Below, piece after piece: positions 24,427 to 38,000 of a stretch of 64,000 nt of DNA. Location of the stretch: NCBI RefSeq assembly GCF_932526225.1, contig NC_064039.1:6193459-6257458 (forward strand), in the 5' to 3' direction. The stretch's first letter is position 1; every line of letters starts with the position of its first letter. This stretch comes from Nematostella vectensis. Taxonomy: Eukaryota. Position numbers and translations under genes: made by a program. The notes beneath the pieces were generated by a model, which saw only the letters and a program-made list of their open reading frames with translations, was not told where the DNA came from and did not search any database.

Positions 24427-27400
24427 ATGGCGGACGAATCGCAGAAAACACCATGGCTTGTTCAATATTCTAGCAAATATCCAAATGTGAGTGTGTCTTG
24501 CTAAAAACTATTCGTAAAGCTGTTACAGTTAGATCTTTTGTTATCCTTGCAAACGTATATATACACCAGATTTGAGTGATTGATGAGAAAGATAGATAGA
24601 TAAGATTATTTTTTCTAGGATACCCCCTAAAAAATACCTGAGAACCGATTTTGACCTCTAAAAAATACGACGAGCATCCCTATCAGATCGACATGGAACG
24701 AACCCCCCGGGCTATTTGTACTTATATCATAGCACGCCCGAAAGTCTGGTCTGTGGATCATAACTTATGTTTTATTTTGCATCTATAGGAACATCCAAGA
24801 AACTTGATACCAGCTCTGTGCAGGGAGTTCTACAATCTTGGTTGGTTCACTGGAACCGGTGGTGCATTCACCATAAAATATCGGTATAAAATTGGCATTA
24901 CTAAAAAGCGGAACCGCTGGAAACGGCGGAACCGGCGGAACCAGTATATTTCGCTTAGTTATAGGGGTAGGGATGTCATGCTAGGATCACCATTTATTTC
25001 CATTCTAATCTGAACAAAAAAAAACATTCCATTGTGAAATGCTAAGACAACATCACTAAGTGCAGATCAGCTACCTAATTTTGTGCATATTTGACATTCT
25101 GTCATATGCAAATTGTATTGGATTAGCAACAAAAGACCCTTGTTTTAGAAGCGCGTCTCGTTAGAGGTAACACATGCAAGCGTTCATAGTTTTAGCCTTC
25201 GTAGGTTTAGCGTTCCGATTTCCGTTGAAAGTTCTGAATAGGAAAAAAATCCTTGTTTAGAAGCACGTCTTGTTAGTAGCGTTGTTCATAGCGTCCTGTT
25301 AGAGATAACGCCAAATATCATATTGTATGTTACCTAAAGTTTTGATTGACAACGGCAACCTTGGCTTGGCTATAATTGCATAATATTTCCGGATATCCCA
25401 AGTGTGTGTGGGCCAGATCTCAAAGTACTTCAAAATCACTAACAATTCTTTCAGCCCTTTTGATAGATTGGATCTTGATTGTATTCATGTGTGTATATAT
25501 GCACATGTACATATAAAGAAGTGGGTAATTTATTAGTAACAAATTCCAGCTACAATCGTGCCCTTTGCACGCTTGCTGTATTACAGTATGATATTTGGAG
25601 TTATCTCTAACAGGACACTATGAACAACGCTACTAACCAACTATGCGGAACCTTCAACGGAAATGGGATACAAATTGCATATGAATGAATGTCAAATATG
25701 CGTGAAATAACGTAGCGCACTTGCCATTACTGAAGTTATTTTGGCAAGTCACAACGGAATGTTTAATCGCCTCCCCTTGCATTTTGTGCATGGTACGTTA
25801 CGGTATGCCGAGTGGTCCTAAAGCTATTAAGCTAATTGAATTATCAATCGCCGCTATTATCGCCTTTACCTACTGACAGAACCTGTTACTGATCAACGTC
25901 GGTAGTGGCAATATAAAGGAAAGTATTAAGACAAACCACCAGTCACGTTTGGACAGAAAGAGAAAAAAAAACGGATTCGGATTTCTGTTAAGATTAGAAC
26001 GAAAATAAATTGTAATCCTTGTACATCCCTACCCCTATACCTTCGCTCACTCCTTAACTTAAGTAACTGTAACTAGTAAGGAAATGTTATCTAAAGTTTT
26101 GATTGACAACAGCAACCTTGGCTAGGCTATAATTGCATAGTTTATTAGCAACAAATTCCAGCTACAATCGTGCCCTTTGCACGCTTGCAGTATTACAGTA
26201 TGATATTTGGCGTTACTACTAACAGGACGCTATGAACCACACTACTAACAAAACGCGCTTCTAAACAAGGATTTTTTTTCTTATTGGGAACTTTAAACAG
26301 AAATCGGAACGCTAAACCTACGAAGGCTAAAACTACGAACGCTTGCATGTGTTACCTCTAACGAGATGCACTTCTAAAACAAGGATTTTTTGTTACTCAT
26401 CCGATACAAATGGATACAAATTGCATATAACAGAATGTCAAATATGCGTGAAATAACGTAGCACATCTGCGCTTAGTGATGTTGTCTTAGCATTTCACAA
26501 CGGAATGTTTTTTTGGGGGTCAGATTAGAAAGGAAATAAATGGTGATCCTAGTATGACATCCCAACCCCCATAACTAAGCGAAATATACTGGTTCCGCCG
26601 GTTCCGCCGGTTCCGCTTCTTAGTAATGCCTGTATAAAATGCTGGATATCTATTCTAATTTTTATTGTTACAGTAAGTAAGTAGTGCTTAAAATCTCGTA
26701 CCTTACAGGGATGAGTACTATTTTGCCCCATCTGGAGTGCAAAAGGAAAGGATCCAGGTACCTATTAAGTATTAATCATTCATTCATATTTAATATATTA
26801 TTATTGATTATTATAAACAGTTTTTGATGAGATTCTTGTGATGAAGTAATCAAGATTAATCAAGTTAGAGGCAAGCTTGGTCAACTAAGGCTCTACCTAT
26901 ATGGCAGTAACGAACAAACTATGAGTTTGATGCTTGAAAATTACACACATGAGTTATCAAGTGCAGGGGGAGAGGGTGGTGACCTCTTAGATAATCACCA
27001 TGTTTTTGTCTATTGCAAAACCAATCAAACATGTTTCCTTTTGCAGCCAGAGGATTTGTTCATCCATGATTCAGAGGATAAAGAAATTGCCCATCCCCCA
27101 CCAGAGTGAGTCTCTATTATTTTTATATTCAGGATCTCTAGAGGGTAGGAGGGTAGGAGGGTAGAGATATATCAAACACAGGATGTGAATTCATGGTTTT
27201 CAGATCCCAAGGGGTCCTACCCCTAGCTTTACCTAGTTCAAGAGATGATGTGATGGATTAGTTTGCATGTATTCCTTAAGAAAATAATAAGAAGGAGGGG
27301 GGGGGGATCCTTGCATCACCCTCCTATACAACCATAGTGTTGATCAACCACAGAGTAATGTTGCTTATACAGCTTGAAGTTTAAACATCCTAGTTTAAAG

Positions 27401-29656
27401 AAACTGAATTGTGATGATTTTATACTAAGCTGTAAACACACTCAGACATGCCAAAGCCAAGCTTTTTAACAGGAATGAACAGGAATCTGGAAAACAGTCC
27501 ATTGTATACTGTCTGGTGTTTGCTTGATTTTTTTAGAAAGAAGCTCAAGAGGAGTCAGTGTGTACCCTTATTCATGTTTGCTTATTCTATGAGAGGTTTG
27601 TATTCAATGATAACAATTATTGCATTATAACAATTTTTCAAAGTTTGTCTCACTGTTTTTTTTTCTGTGGTTAAAGGAGCAGGAGCAGTTATCCACTCAC
27701 ACTCCAAGTATGCCGTCATGGTGTCACTACTTGACCAAGAAGCCACAGAGTTTCGAATCACTCATCAGCAAATGATCAAGGGAATCTTTAATTCAAAATC
27801 TCACATGTACCACAAGTATGTTGATAACACAGACTGCAATTCAACCATGCTGTAAACGATAGGAATAAAGTTGGCAGGGGCGGATCTCAGGGGGTGGGCT
27901 GAGCGGACCCTGTGCCCCCTATTTTCAGATATTTGGCTTAAAAATAACAAGATATATAAGGAAATCCACGGAAGAACAATTAATCTACCCCCCATCTCTT
28001 TAAACTCTTGCTTCAGCCCCCCCCCCCCTTTTGCAAATCCTGATTCTGCCCCTGCTAAAAATCTGTCAATTGATTGATAACAGTATTCACATGGCCATAA
28101 ATTTGATGATGCAAAACAACAATATATACTGTATACATACCTCTATTATTATACTTTAGAAGTGGTACCATCGTCTTTAACTCTGCAAAGTAAAAGTACT
28201 CTCCCCTCTTTATATTTGCACCAGACTACCAATGACTCTGTTTACTTTTTCCTAGCCTAAATAATTCATAAAACACAATTATAATGTAAGCAATTGGAAT
28301 TTATGCATTTGAATTTTTGTTTATTGTTTCTTTGATATTGTATAATTATTTACATTTTATCTTTTAATTCTTTTTTTTCTCTGTATGCTTAATGGGATAA
28401 ACAACTAAACTAAGCTAAGCTCTCTTCACTATTGTGGACTTATTTAATTTTTTTATCATTCATTTGCAGCTTTCATGATTTGTTGGTCATTCCAATCATT
28501 GAAAATGCCCCAGATGAAGCAGACTTGCAGGTCTGTATTGCAATACAGTGGAGCCTGGATTTTACGATATTGAATTTTACGATAACCTTGATTTTATGAT
28601 GTTGTTTCTTTCTCCCAAAGAAAAAATACAGTGAAATGTATATAAGAAATTACCTTACGATATTAGGTAATTTCTAAATTACCGTACGATATTAGATACA
28701 AACTATATTCTCAATTTTACGATACAAATCTGTTCTCCCGAGCACAATTTTAACCTCGATACAATGATATTACAGATTCTGTCTATCAACAGAGAGAAAA
28801 ACTCACGACACTAGACACATACATTACAGTTAATCGATGTTTTGACTTGACAGATCTTGTTAAATACAGAATACAGTTTTACAAAAAGAGTAACTGAACA
28901 GTCTTTCACAGAGTGCAGCTACAATATTATTATTTTGTAAAAGTTGATTATTAAGCCGACCTCGCTACAATGATATTATCAATGGATTTTCGTTCATATC
29001 GTAAAATCAAGGACATCTTTGCAACAATACTTCGATTTTACGATACATTTTCTTTCTCCCGAGGTACATCGTAAAATCCAGGTTCCTCTTAATCTTTACA
29101 GTAGTGACTATAATGTTTACAGCCTGCCTAATGACGTTTTGCTACCTTGTTTAGGAACCCTTTGTTGAAGCACTTAAGAATTACCCAGAGACCAGTGCAG
29201 TTATTATCCGAAGGCATGGCTTGTATGTTTGGGGTAAAACATGGCAGGAGACCAAGGCGATGTAAGTGAAGGCTTTATATACATTGGAATCTGTTTGAAG
29301 AACACAGGGGTGTTGCTATTATGCAGGTGTCCTTAAAAGCAGAGGTGCACTGTTCTCTGGTTGCATTGTGCTGATTTTCCCAAATAAGACCAAGTAATAG
29401 TTATGTTGCAAAAAGAACAGTATGATGTGTAAACGTCAGTTGTAACTGAAAACATGATATTTATATTTAAGTTGTCTTTTAGAAAACATTTTATTGCCTA
29501 TCAAAGGATTGAGCAGAATCATTTTTGTGTCATTCTAGTGCGGAAAGCTATGACTACTTATTTGATCTGGCAATACAGATGCGAAAAATAGGTATCGACC
29601 CAGCAGCAAAACCAAAGCGATGTCATCTGAAATGCTGCCAAGGAGCTGAAAGCTAG
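24427..29656 (+). CDS. APIP: APIP / methylthioribulose-1-phosphate dehydratase (class II aldolase/adducin family), 9 coding exons: 24427-24486, 24789-24883, 26709-26757, 27047-27105, 27537-27595, 27677-27815, 28470-28530, 29154-29261, 29539-29656
   Basis: The hand-spliced protein is [20 protein letters not shown]|[48 protein letters not shown]|[106 protein letters not shown]|..[73 protein letters not shown]. This aligns along its length with human APIP ([134 protein letters not shown]). All junctions are GT/AG. The exon 7/8 phase is off by 1 nt in a T4 run (see findings). Confidence 0.85.
24880..26640. repeat. Large foldback inverted-repeat structure in APIP intron 2: arm 24880-25400 is the reverse complement of 26040-26640, with an additional partial direct copy at 25330-25740
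   Basis: For example, 24893 aaaagcggaaccgctggaaacggcggaaccggcggaaccagtatatttcgcttagttatagggg is the reverse complement of 26560 cccataactaagcgaaatatactggttccgccggttccgccggttccgc. The match extends over roughly 500 bp. Confidence 0.8.
28550..29086. mobile_element. MITE (~537 bp) with 19-bp TIRs (ggagcctggattttacgat / atcgtaaaatccaggttcc) and internal attttacgata subrepeats; lies in APIP intron 7
   Basis: The terminal inverted repeats are reverse complements with one mismatch. There is no coding capacity. Confidence 0.65.
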
Positions 29657-31163
29657 GTAGAACATTAGATTAATATTAGATTAATATTTGAAAATATACA
29701 ATGTTGACAGGTCATAATGGTTTTGTGGAAGGCTAAAAAATGTGCAGTATGTATGTAGCAACTCTTAATGTCTTGTTAGTATCCCGTATCCCTACTTCAA
29801 CTGGATGTATTTGCCTTGGTTTCGCTCCTACAGCGAGATAAAGGGTTGTTTGTTTGGCATAAAAAATAAGAAATCTTTTTACTTTGGCCAGTGACCCGAA
29901 CAAACGTTTAAAATCGCCTAGAAAGTATTTGTATGAACAGTAACATGTCTTTTTTAAATAAAATCCCCACTAAATAAAAAGAAAATGAAAGGTTTCTTTG
30001 GTATGATAAGGTATTTTTGTAGAAAGAGGGGATGCTATTTTCTTAAACTTGATTAGCGCAATTTTGAAACGTTTGAGGTTTATGGTATACCCCTCTTCCC
30101 TACAATATCCCAGATTTTAGGCAAAAATTTGATTGAATAATGGAATGAACAAGCGAATGTGCGCATCAAAAAAGGGGAGGCAAAAAAGTCAGGTGTTCTT
30201 ATTGTAATGGCCTGACCATATTATCGTGGGATAATTAGTTTTACAGCTTTTCTACTTATTCCGAAATCTTTAGGCAATCAGTGTATTTCAATAAAAGGTT
30301 TTTAGATTGGATCAATTTTCCCAAATCCTATAACCACGAAGGTTTTATTATTTCACTTATTCATCCTTAGTTGCACCATGAATCATGCACCAACAAATGT
30401 CGGTGCATGATTCATTGCCTTAGAAATGAAATCTTTGGCACCTGTCGGCGAATTCAGACGTTTGAAGATAAAGCAAATATCAGTGCTTGCCACTAGCACC
30501 GAAATAGGAAATATGGGGTTAAATTAATTACAAAGGAAAGAATGACCTGAAGGCCCTATTTCTTTTAATATTTTAATCGTCAGTCTTTATTTCTTTAAAC
30601 CAACAAAGCGTCTTTTTTCTTTCTTTGCGCTCATTTTTTTCGCTCAATCAGTTCACAAGTTTCTTTCTTTTTTTTTTTTAATTTTATCAATTCACGTTGG
30701 CTTTTTTCGCGCGATAGTCTGCACATATCACAAAGGTTGCAAAGCTACTAATGTGTGAACTTTAATTAAATGAAAAGTGATGCGCATTGATACGATCATT
30801 AGGAATCCTTTTTCATTTGGAGACTTAATAGCAACGTTTTGTAGGCAGCTGTGTTAACAGAAAGTCCACACGAATATAACGCTCATTTTTACTTGTCAAG
30901 TACAGTCAGCGAAACCAAAGCATCATTTCAATCAACTCGCTTTGCTCAAGAGAGTGGGAAGAAGGCCAGCATTATCATCCCACAATTTCTAGTTTTATTT
31001 TGAAATTTAGAAAGTCCTCTGGTCACTTTAGTTCAATATACTTTCAAGCACTATGTTGTCAAGACATCTTTACTTAAGCCGGTACAGTTCAAGGCCAAAG
31101 CGACTTCCAACTTTTTAGACCTCACTCAGTTATAACCCTTCACCTAAACCAAGAAGACCTTTG

Positions 31164-31688
31164 ATGAGCGAGGAGTATGTCGTCCATTTACTTGAGACCA
31201 TTCAGGACGAAATGGTCAGGTCAGAGTTGCTCTTAAGTGTCATGGACGAGCGGATGAGACGAGAAGAGACTATATTAGCGACGAGCCCTCACAAACCCGT
31301 TGTGAATGCGATACGCTTTGCTCGGGCCATGAACAGCACTCTTGACTCAACCCTCGACAAAAAGCTCAAACTTCTTCATCAAGAATTTGAACAGGAGTTT
31401 CGACGAATCATAGATGTTCAAAGAGAAGCCTTCAACTCTGAGACTGCTACGAAAACAAACTTCATGCGGAGTTACACTCGCAAAGAATTTCATTACAAGT
31501 TAGGTGAATTGCTGGAAGTGAAAAGAAGGGAAGAAATTTTGAAGAGGGCGAAAACACAGTTATCGTTACCTAATATGGATACTTCGCGGGAATCCTCTTC
31601 TCACCCTTCTAAGTCCTTTGCAGAAAGAAGTTTCAAGATCTCGGCCTGGAAGCACGATGGACACGCGGTCTATTTGCCACCTATATGA
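31164..31688 (+). CDS. Hypothetical single-exon coiled-coil protein (174 aa)
   Basis: The ORF is uninterrupted, with charged, heptad-like sequence (LLHQEFEQEFRRIIDVQREAFNSETATK...LLEVKRREEILKRAK). No recognisable domain is present. It could be a real intronless gene or a TE-derived ORF. Confidence 0.3.
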   Translation: MSEEYVVHLLETIQDEMVRSELLLSVMDERMRREETILATSPHKPVVNAIRFARAMNSTLDSTLDKKLKLLHQEFEQEFRRIIDVQREAFNSETATKTNFMRSYTRKEFHYKLGELLEVKRREEILKRAKTQLSLPNMDTSRESSSHPSKSFAERSFKISAWKHDGHAVYLPPI

Positions 31689-32339
31689 GGTTTTTATAAC
31701 TTTCAATCCACTCAATTGATCAATTCTCATTTTGATAAACGTCTTACCTGTCTTCTATGGTTACAACAATTTTGTATGAAATTCTTTTCAGATTTTTTTG
31801 CTCGTTTTTTTTTCAGTTAACGCGAGGCTAAGGAATAAGGTCGTTTCCATAAACCCGTGCAACAAAGTGCAGCAGTGAAACCTTAGTCACCATTGTTATC
31901 CTGTTTTCCATGCCTTTATTTCATCTGATAAAATTATATGTCAGATGTTACTAACATTGAAAATATATAATGCTTAGTTACTTACAATTGCGCAGCTATA
32001 TCTGTATAAAAGAGGTTCAAAGACAGCCAATAAAAGCATTTGATAATCTATACTGCTAAGTTATATTTAAACAACTTACGTGTTTTTGCACTGGTGTGAC
32101 ATGAAAATTGCACTGCTCTTGGCCAATCAGAATTGAGGAAGTTTTGCATGTATGTTATTAAGTAAATTTTATAATATACTAATGGCTGGTAGAAGTGTAA
32201 TTACTTATCTATCTTATCTTAGCTATCCTTAAAATGTATCAACCTTGGCCGCAGCTAATAATATCTTAATCTCTATGAAGATTCTAGTATAAACATGAAG
32301 AGTTGTACTATGTTTATTTTCTTGGTTGCATGGCTTTCT

Positions 32340-32715
32340 ATTTCTAGAGTAGAGTTATCCAGCTTTACGAGTCGTAAAGCAGAGTTATCCAGTGGTACGA
32401 GTCGTGAGTTAGAGTTATTCATTGGTACGAGTCGTGAAGTAGAGTTATCCAGTGGTACGAGTGGTGAAGAGAAGTTATCCAGTGGTACGAGTCGTGAAGC
32501 AGAGTTATCCAGTGGTACGAGTCGTGAAGAAGAGTTATCCAGTGGTACGAGTGGTGAAGCAGAGTTATCCAGTGGTACGAGTCATGAAGTAGAGTTATTC
32601 AGTGGTACGGGTGGTGAAGCAGAGTTATCCAGTGGTACGAGTAGTGAAGTAGAGTTATTCAGAGGTACGAGTGGCAAAACAGAGTTATCCAGTTGCACAA
32701 GTCGTAAAGCAGAGT
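32340..32715. repeat. 30-bp minisatellite (cagagttatccagtggtacgagtcgtgaag), ~12 copies; the same family recurs at 38000-38165
   Basis: The tandem periodicity is visible. The long ORF 32295-32771 (SSGTSREAEL repeats) is a translation artifact of this array. Confidence 0.9.
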
Positions 32716-35700
32716 ATTATTTTTATTTTTTATTATTTTTTTTATTAAAACAAACACTCCCTTGTACCTAATACATTTTCCTTACATATTTTTTTTAAAA
32801 ATTTACATTCTTATATTTTTGCTTGTTTTTTACTATTTACAATATTTACAAGAGTTGTTGTTCTTTACACTTCTTATAAACGGTCTGTTTTAATACATTC
32901 ATTATAATTTTTCGTACAAATATATACACAACATAAACAGAAACACAACACAAACAAGACCCGAGCCATTACCCTTCCCATTCCATACCATCCTCAATCA
33001 TTTTATTAACAACTTGACTTTTTTAAAGCCTCTAACATTTTCCCATTTTTGGTAGTGTGCTGACATCTTGCGTTTTCTTTTTGCAACTAGGAATTCATTT
33101 TTTTCGTATTGTTTTAGAAAGTTTTGGAAGACCATTAAGGAGGGGATTTTAAAGTCATTTTTATGTTAAAAAGGCACAATTTATAAAGGAAGATTATGAA
33201 ATTTTCTGGGCCTTCATCCTTGATACCGAGTAAAATATTTTCAAGATTAGATTCTGGCAGTGAAATATTATACTGTTCAAGCCATTGCCTTGCTTCGAAG
33301 TATAAGTTCTTGGATTCTATACATTCTACAAAGAAATGGTCTATTGTTACAGGGAATGATAAGCAAAAAGAACATCTAGAGTCAGGAATAATGTCAAACT
33401 TATGTAACTGCTTATTTAAAAACAAAACATCTTTTAGAATTTTGTATTGAAAGTGTCTAATATAACTATCTATTGTGCTTGAATAAATTCTAGTATAAAC
33501 AGTTTCCCATTTTATTTCACTACTACTATTTATTCTCTTTTCTAAATTCTTTTGAGCTGTCGGTGGCTTCAGTATTCTCTCAATAAGATAATCATATATC
33601 ATATATATGATTATCATATATTTTTATAGAGTCCGCTTTAATGCACGAGTCCTTTAAGTTTACATACTTCTCCCTTATTACACTGCTAATGCTTGCCATA
33701 TTAGCCGTTTCTGGTTGATCCATCAGTTTTTCTCGCCATATGGCAGGGATAGCTTTTATTAACCTTAGCCCTAAAAAACGGTGTTCACCGATCCCCTTTT
33801 CTTTGGCTATTTGCCAGTCTAGTTCCCCTTTATCATTGCATAGATAACATATACAAAGAACATCTTTCGAGATGAAATCGTTTAAATGTATGAGTTTATT
33901 ATAAACTTATTGCACCATAAACTCTGCTCAAGAACTGACCTTGTAGATAATGTATCAACCTTACTATGGCAAAACACATCAGCCCATTCTTTTAAAGCAT
34001 TTTTATATATATTTGGTAATGAGTTGGGGAGGGATTCAGTATCGAAATTTTCCCGTCCGAGAATTGGAATTCCTCCTATCTCATTCAAAATACAACTTGG
34101 TATTATTTTCCATGATCGTTCTTCTATATTTAATAGCTGAGAAATTAGTTTAATCCGACTTGCCTTGACAATCGACGCGAAATCAGGCAGTTAAACCACC
34201 CTTTTAGTAAGGCATACTTTATTTTTGGCTTCCTTCCCCTCCAGATAAAGTCCTTGACCGCGCTTTCTACTTCACGTATATAGCCACTTGGAAGACATAA
34301 TTTAGAACATATACAGTAACTTAGACAAAGCCAAAGAACGGACAACTTGAATTCGCCCAAATAATGTCAGATCACGTGTTCGCCATATGGATAATATAGT
34401 TTTAAAATTATCTAAAACGCGAATAAAATTTTTCTGGTTTGACAAAGTTTCATTATAAGAAAAGAAAACCCCTAAAACCATAACACCCTCCTTATAAAAA
34501 TCCACCCATTTCAGCCCCAAATTACCTAACACTTGCTACTGAAGTGGTTCTTCTCCTAGCCAGCCAACCTCTGATTTAGACAGATTAATTTTTAAAGATG
34601 TAAATTAACTAAACTGTTTTAAAATAATTAATGTATTTTTTAATGAAGCAGTATCTCCCAAAAAAAAAAAAAAACGTAGTGTCGTCAGCGTATAACGCTA
34701 GTTTCTTTTCTTGATTTCCTATTTGTAAACCTTTGATCTCTTTGCATTCTCTGATCATTGTAGCCATCACTTCTAAAACCAATATAAAGAGATATGGCGA
34801 AATGGGATCTCCCTGCTTAGTACTTCTACCTAACGGAAAAAAATCGGTACAGTGACCATTATTAACGACCGCACTCATGTTTTCGTTTAGAATAACCCTT
34901 ATCCAATTTACGAATGAGCTGCCAAATCCATAGTGTTTCAAGACAGCAAAAATGAAATTGTGTTCAATAGAATCAAAGGCTTTTTCGAAGTCAGCTGCAA
35001 ACAAAATCAACGATTTATTGGATTTATTAATATATTCCATTGTATCTGCTACCATGCGAACTGAGTCCTCGATCGTTCTTTCTTCTACAAAAGCCGCTTG
35101 GTCCGAGTGAATTATTCGTGGTAAACATTTTTTCATTCGAGAACATAAAGCTTTGCTACAAATTTTTGCATCAACGTTAATAAGACTGATAGGGCGCCAA
35201 GCGTCTATTATTCTTTTGTCTTTTTTGGGTTTCTCAAGTAGGGTGATAAGAACTTTTCTTTGCGTTATTGTAAGACGGCCTTTGTCATAACTATCGTTAA
35301 GGCATTTTACTAAATCTTGTCCGATATCTCCCCAGAACGCTAAATGAAATTCTTTAGTTAGACCATCCATCCCTGGTGTTTTACTATTCCCCATTGAATT
35401 AACACTTTGAAAACATTCATTTAGAGTGAGCTTTCCTTCACATTTTGTTTTTTCTTCTTCGGTTATTCTTGGAGTGCTAAGGTTGGATAAAAATTCTAAG
35501 CACTCTTCTGTTTTACTACTTTTTGATTGAAATAATGAGCTAAAATGATGTTTAATTTTTGCCAAGATACTTTTTAAATCCGTAATCTCCTCATTATCTA
35601 TTAATAGCTTCTTAATGTGCGTCTTATTTTTATTTCGCTTTTCCAGTGATAGGAAGTATGCGTTGCTTTTTTCACCAAATTCATACCACTGTGATTTTGA

Positions 35701-38000
35701 CCTTATTATAATTCCCTGTGTTACATGATTACTGTAATTCTCCAAATCAAGCTTCAACTTATTATATTCCGAGTAGAGTGATTTATCACTTTCCCAATCT
35801 TCGATTTGTTCAATACTTTTAATTTTTTCCTCTAGATCTTTGTATTCGCAACGCCTTTGTCTTGCTAATACTTTTGAGTATCCTATTGTAAACTTTCGAA
35901 TCTCATATTTAATCAACTCCGATCTTAATTGGGGGTTATCTATACCTTCAATAGTCAAAGAACTCTTTATTTCGTTTATTTTAGTTGTTAGCATATCAAT
36001 GTATTCTTGGTTTTCTGTAAGGGAGTTATTAAATTTCCAAAATGACGGACCCCTTGCATTTTCTTTAGATGATTTGAATTTCAAGGTTATGGCCGAGTGA
36101 TCAGCTGATGGTGCAGGGATTATGTCATATAATTCCACTGAGGTTTGCATTCCATCAGAAATGAAGAAATAATCTAATCGTCTATGAATGTACTGACCTG
36201 GTCTACTAGCTTTACCTTGTCCACATCCTCGCCATGTATATCTTTTCTTTGTTGGATTTCTTAGTCGCCAGATGTCACAAAGATCTAACTCTACCAATAT
36301 CGTTTCAAGCGTTTTTATAGTGTGAGTTTTAAGGACAGGGTTCCCACCGAACGTTTCCAACGTCAAATTCATAACAACATTAAAATCTTCGCCCCAAATT
36401 ACTGGCGCATTCACCGACGCATTTATTGTTTGTATCTTTTCATACAAATTCTTAATTGCCTCTACTTGGTCTTTTTCTTCGTTGGGTGCATAAAAATTTA
36501 TCAATATAAATTCTTGATCTTGAATTTCACAATGCGAAACAAGGAATCGACCTCCGCTATCAACAATTGTTTCCAATATTTTATATTGTAGATTTTTGCC
36601 AAACAATATTGCTCCACCTTTACTTTCTGTACTACCATGAGACATGAAAATTTCCCCTCTAAATTGCCTCTTCCAATTTTCCTTCAAATCCGGAGAGCTG
36701 TGTATTTCTTGCAAAAAACTGACACTTTTCTGCATTTCTTATAATCTCTTAGACCTCTAACGTTAAGTGAGAGCACACTAAATTCAAATTTATTAGCCAT
36801 TTCAAATTAAATATACAAAAATGCTTAATATTCGGATGGGGTATGGGGTGGGTATGTGCTGTGAATCAAAACTCATGAAATGATACAAAACAAGATAATA
36901 TACACAGTTAACAACGAATAACACAAGACACATATAACTTACACAGAACATTTTTAAAAGACGGTTTTCACGGGACCAACCGCCATATGAGATGGCCCGG
37001 TACATATGAAACGTCATAAAGTCAAAACTCCAATGCTTCACTAGAATTTTCTAAACATCTACTGGTTGGGCTTTATTTTGCTCTTGTGTATTAGAATCTA
37101 AAGACCGAGTTAGCTGAAGCTTCTTGGCTTAATTTCCAGTGTCGCGGTATATCATAGTGATTATACATCTTACCGTCTACTATAAGCTTATCGCCGATTA
37201 TTGTCGCTTTCGTCCCTTCCTTTTGTTTAACTTTAATGCTGGGACCAGAACATTCTTCCTAATTTCTTGGATTTGCCTTGGAACATCTTCGCCAATACTT
37301 ATCGTCTGACCCTTCAGGTTGTATCTCGCCTTCCATACCTTTTCACGGTCTGCTCTGCAGGTGAAACGTATTATCATTGGCCTTATCTTACCTTCGTTTC
37401 CCTAGCCTGTGAACACCACACAGCTTCATCTCTTCAACTTCTTTCGATCCCAATTTCAACCGTCTTACTAGCTCGCCTTTTACTAATTTTTCGCTGTTTT
37501 CTTCTGGGGCATCCGTCAATTTGTACACTACCAAATTCCACCTTCGACTATATAAGCTTTGTCTCACAAACTCGTCCGTATTATTCGCTTGTTGCCGTTC
37601 ACATTCTTCCGTCCGTTCCCGGAGCTCATCGCTGTCGTTTACGTTTTGTATGAGGTCGTTATCTATTCTTTGAAGCTCTCCTTCTACAACTTTAATTTTA
37701 TTGAAGGCCACATCTAACTGTCCCTCCAACTCCAGAATTTTTCCATCTCTCTCCTTTAGCGAGTCTTCCAAAGTAGTTAACCTTTTGATGAGGTCCTTGT
37801 ATTCCGTTACCGTTACCGTCTTCTTCTACCGATTTACCCGAGCTACTGACCCGCTTTCTCTTCTCCTTACTCTCAGCTGACTTTCCCATGTCCTTACTTA
37901 CCAATATTGAACACAGTATATCCGGTTTTTTCAAGATAAAACCAGAAATTTCAACGTTTTTAGCGGAGCTCGAAAAGACATGTCTTTCTCTATCGAGACA
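32716..38000 (-). mobile_element. L1/Tx1-like non-LTR retrotransposon (LINE), roughly full length (~5.3 kb) with frameshifts; ORF1 37198-37771, ORF2 33135-36735
   Basis: ORF1 shows a coiled coil (LKERDGKILELEGQLDVAFNKIKVVEGELQRIDNDL), the RRM-like region SRRWNLVVYKL...EE, and CGVHRLGKRR. After a 1-nt frame change it reads the C-terminal domain IRPMIIRFTCRADREKVWKARYNLKGQTISIGEDVPRQIQEIRKNVLVPALKLNKRKG. ORF2 begins MQKSVSFLQEIH (APE endonuclease) and runs through the reverse transcriptase to ...LALYADDTTFF. It then frameshifts at a T-run. The RT thumb and C-terminal region are in other frames (34145-34532), and the C-terminal Cys/His tail is at 33135-33617 (FCLSFPVTIDHFFVEC). An A-rich tail and the 30-bp satellite lie at the 3' end. 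Confidence 0.8.

Noticed and set aside
32295-32771. 158-aa ORF with SSGTSREAEL-type decapeptide repeats
   Set aside because: It is a translation of the 30-bp minisatellite. There is no start context or splice sites, and the repeat continues in non-coding form at 38000-38165.
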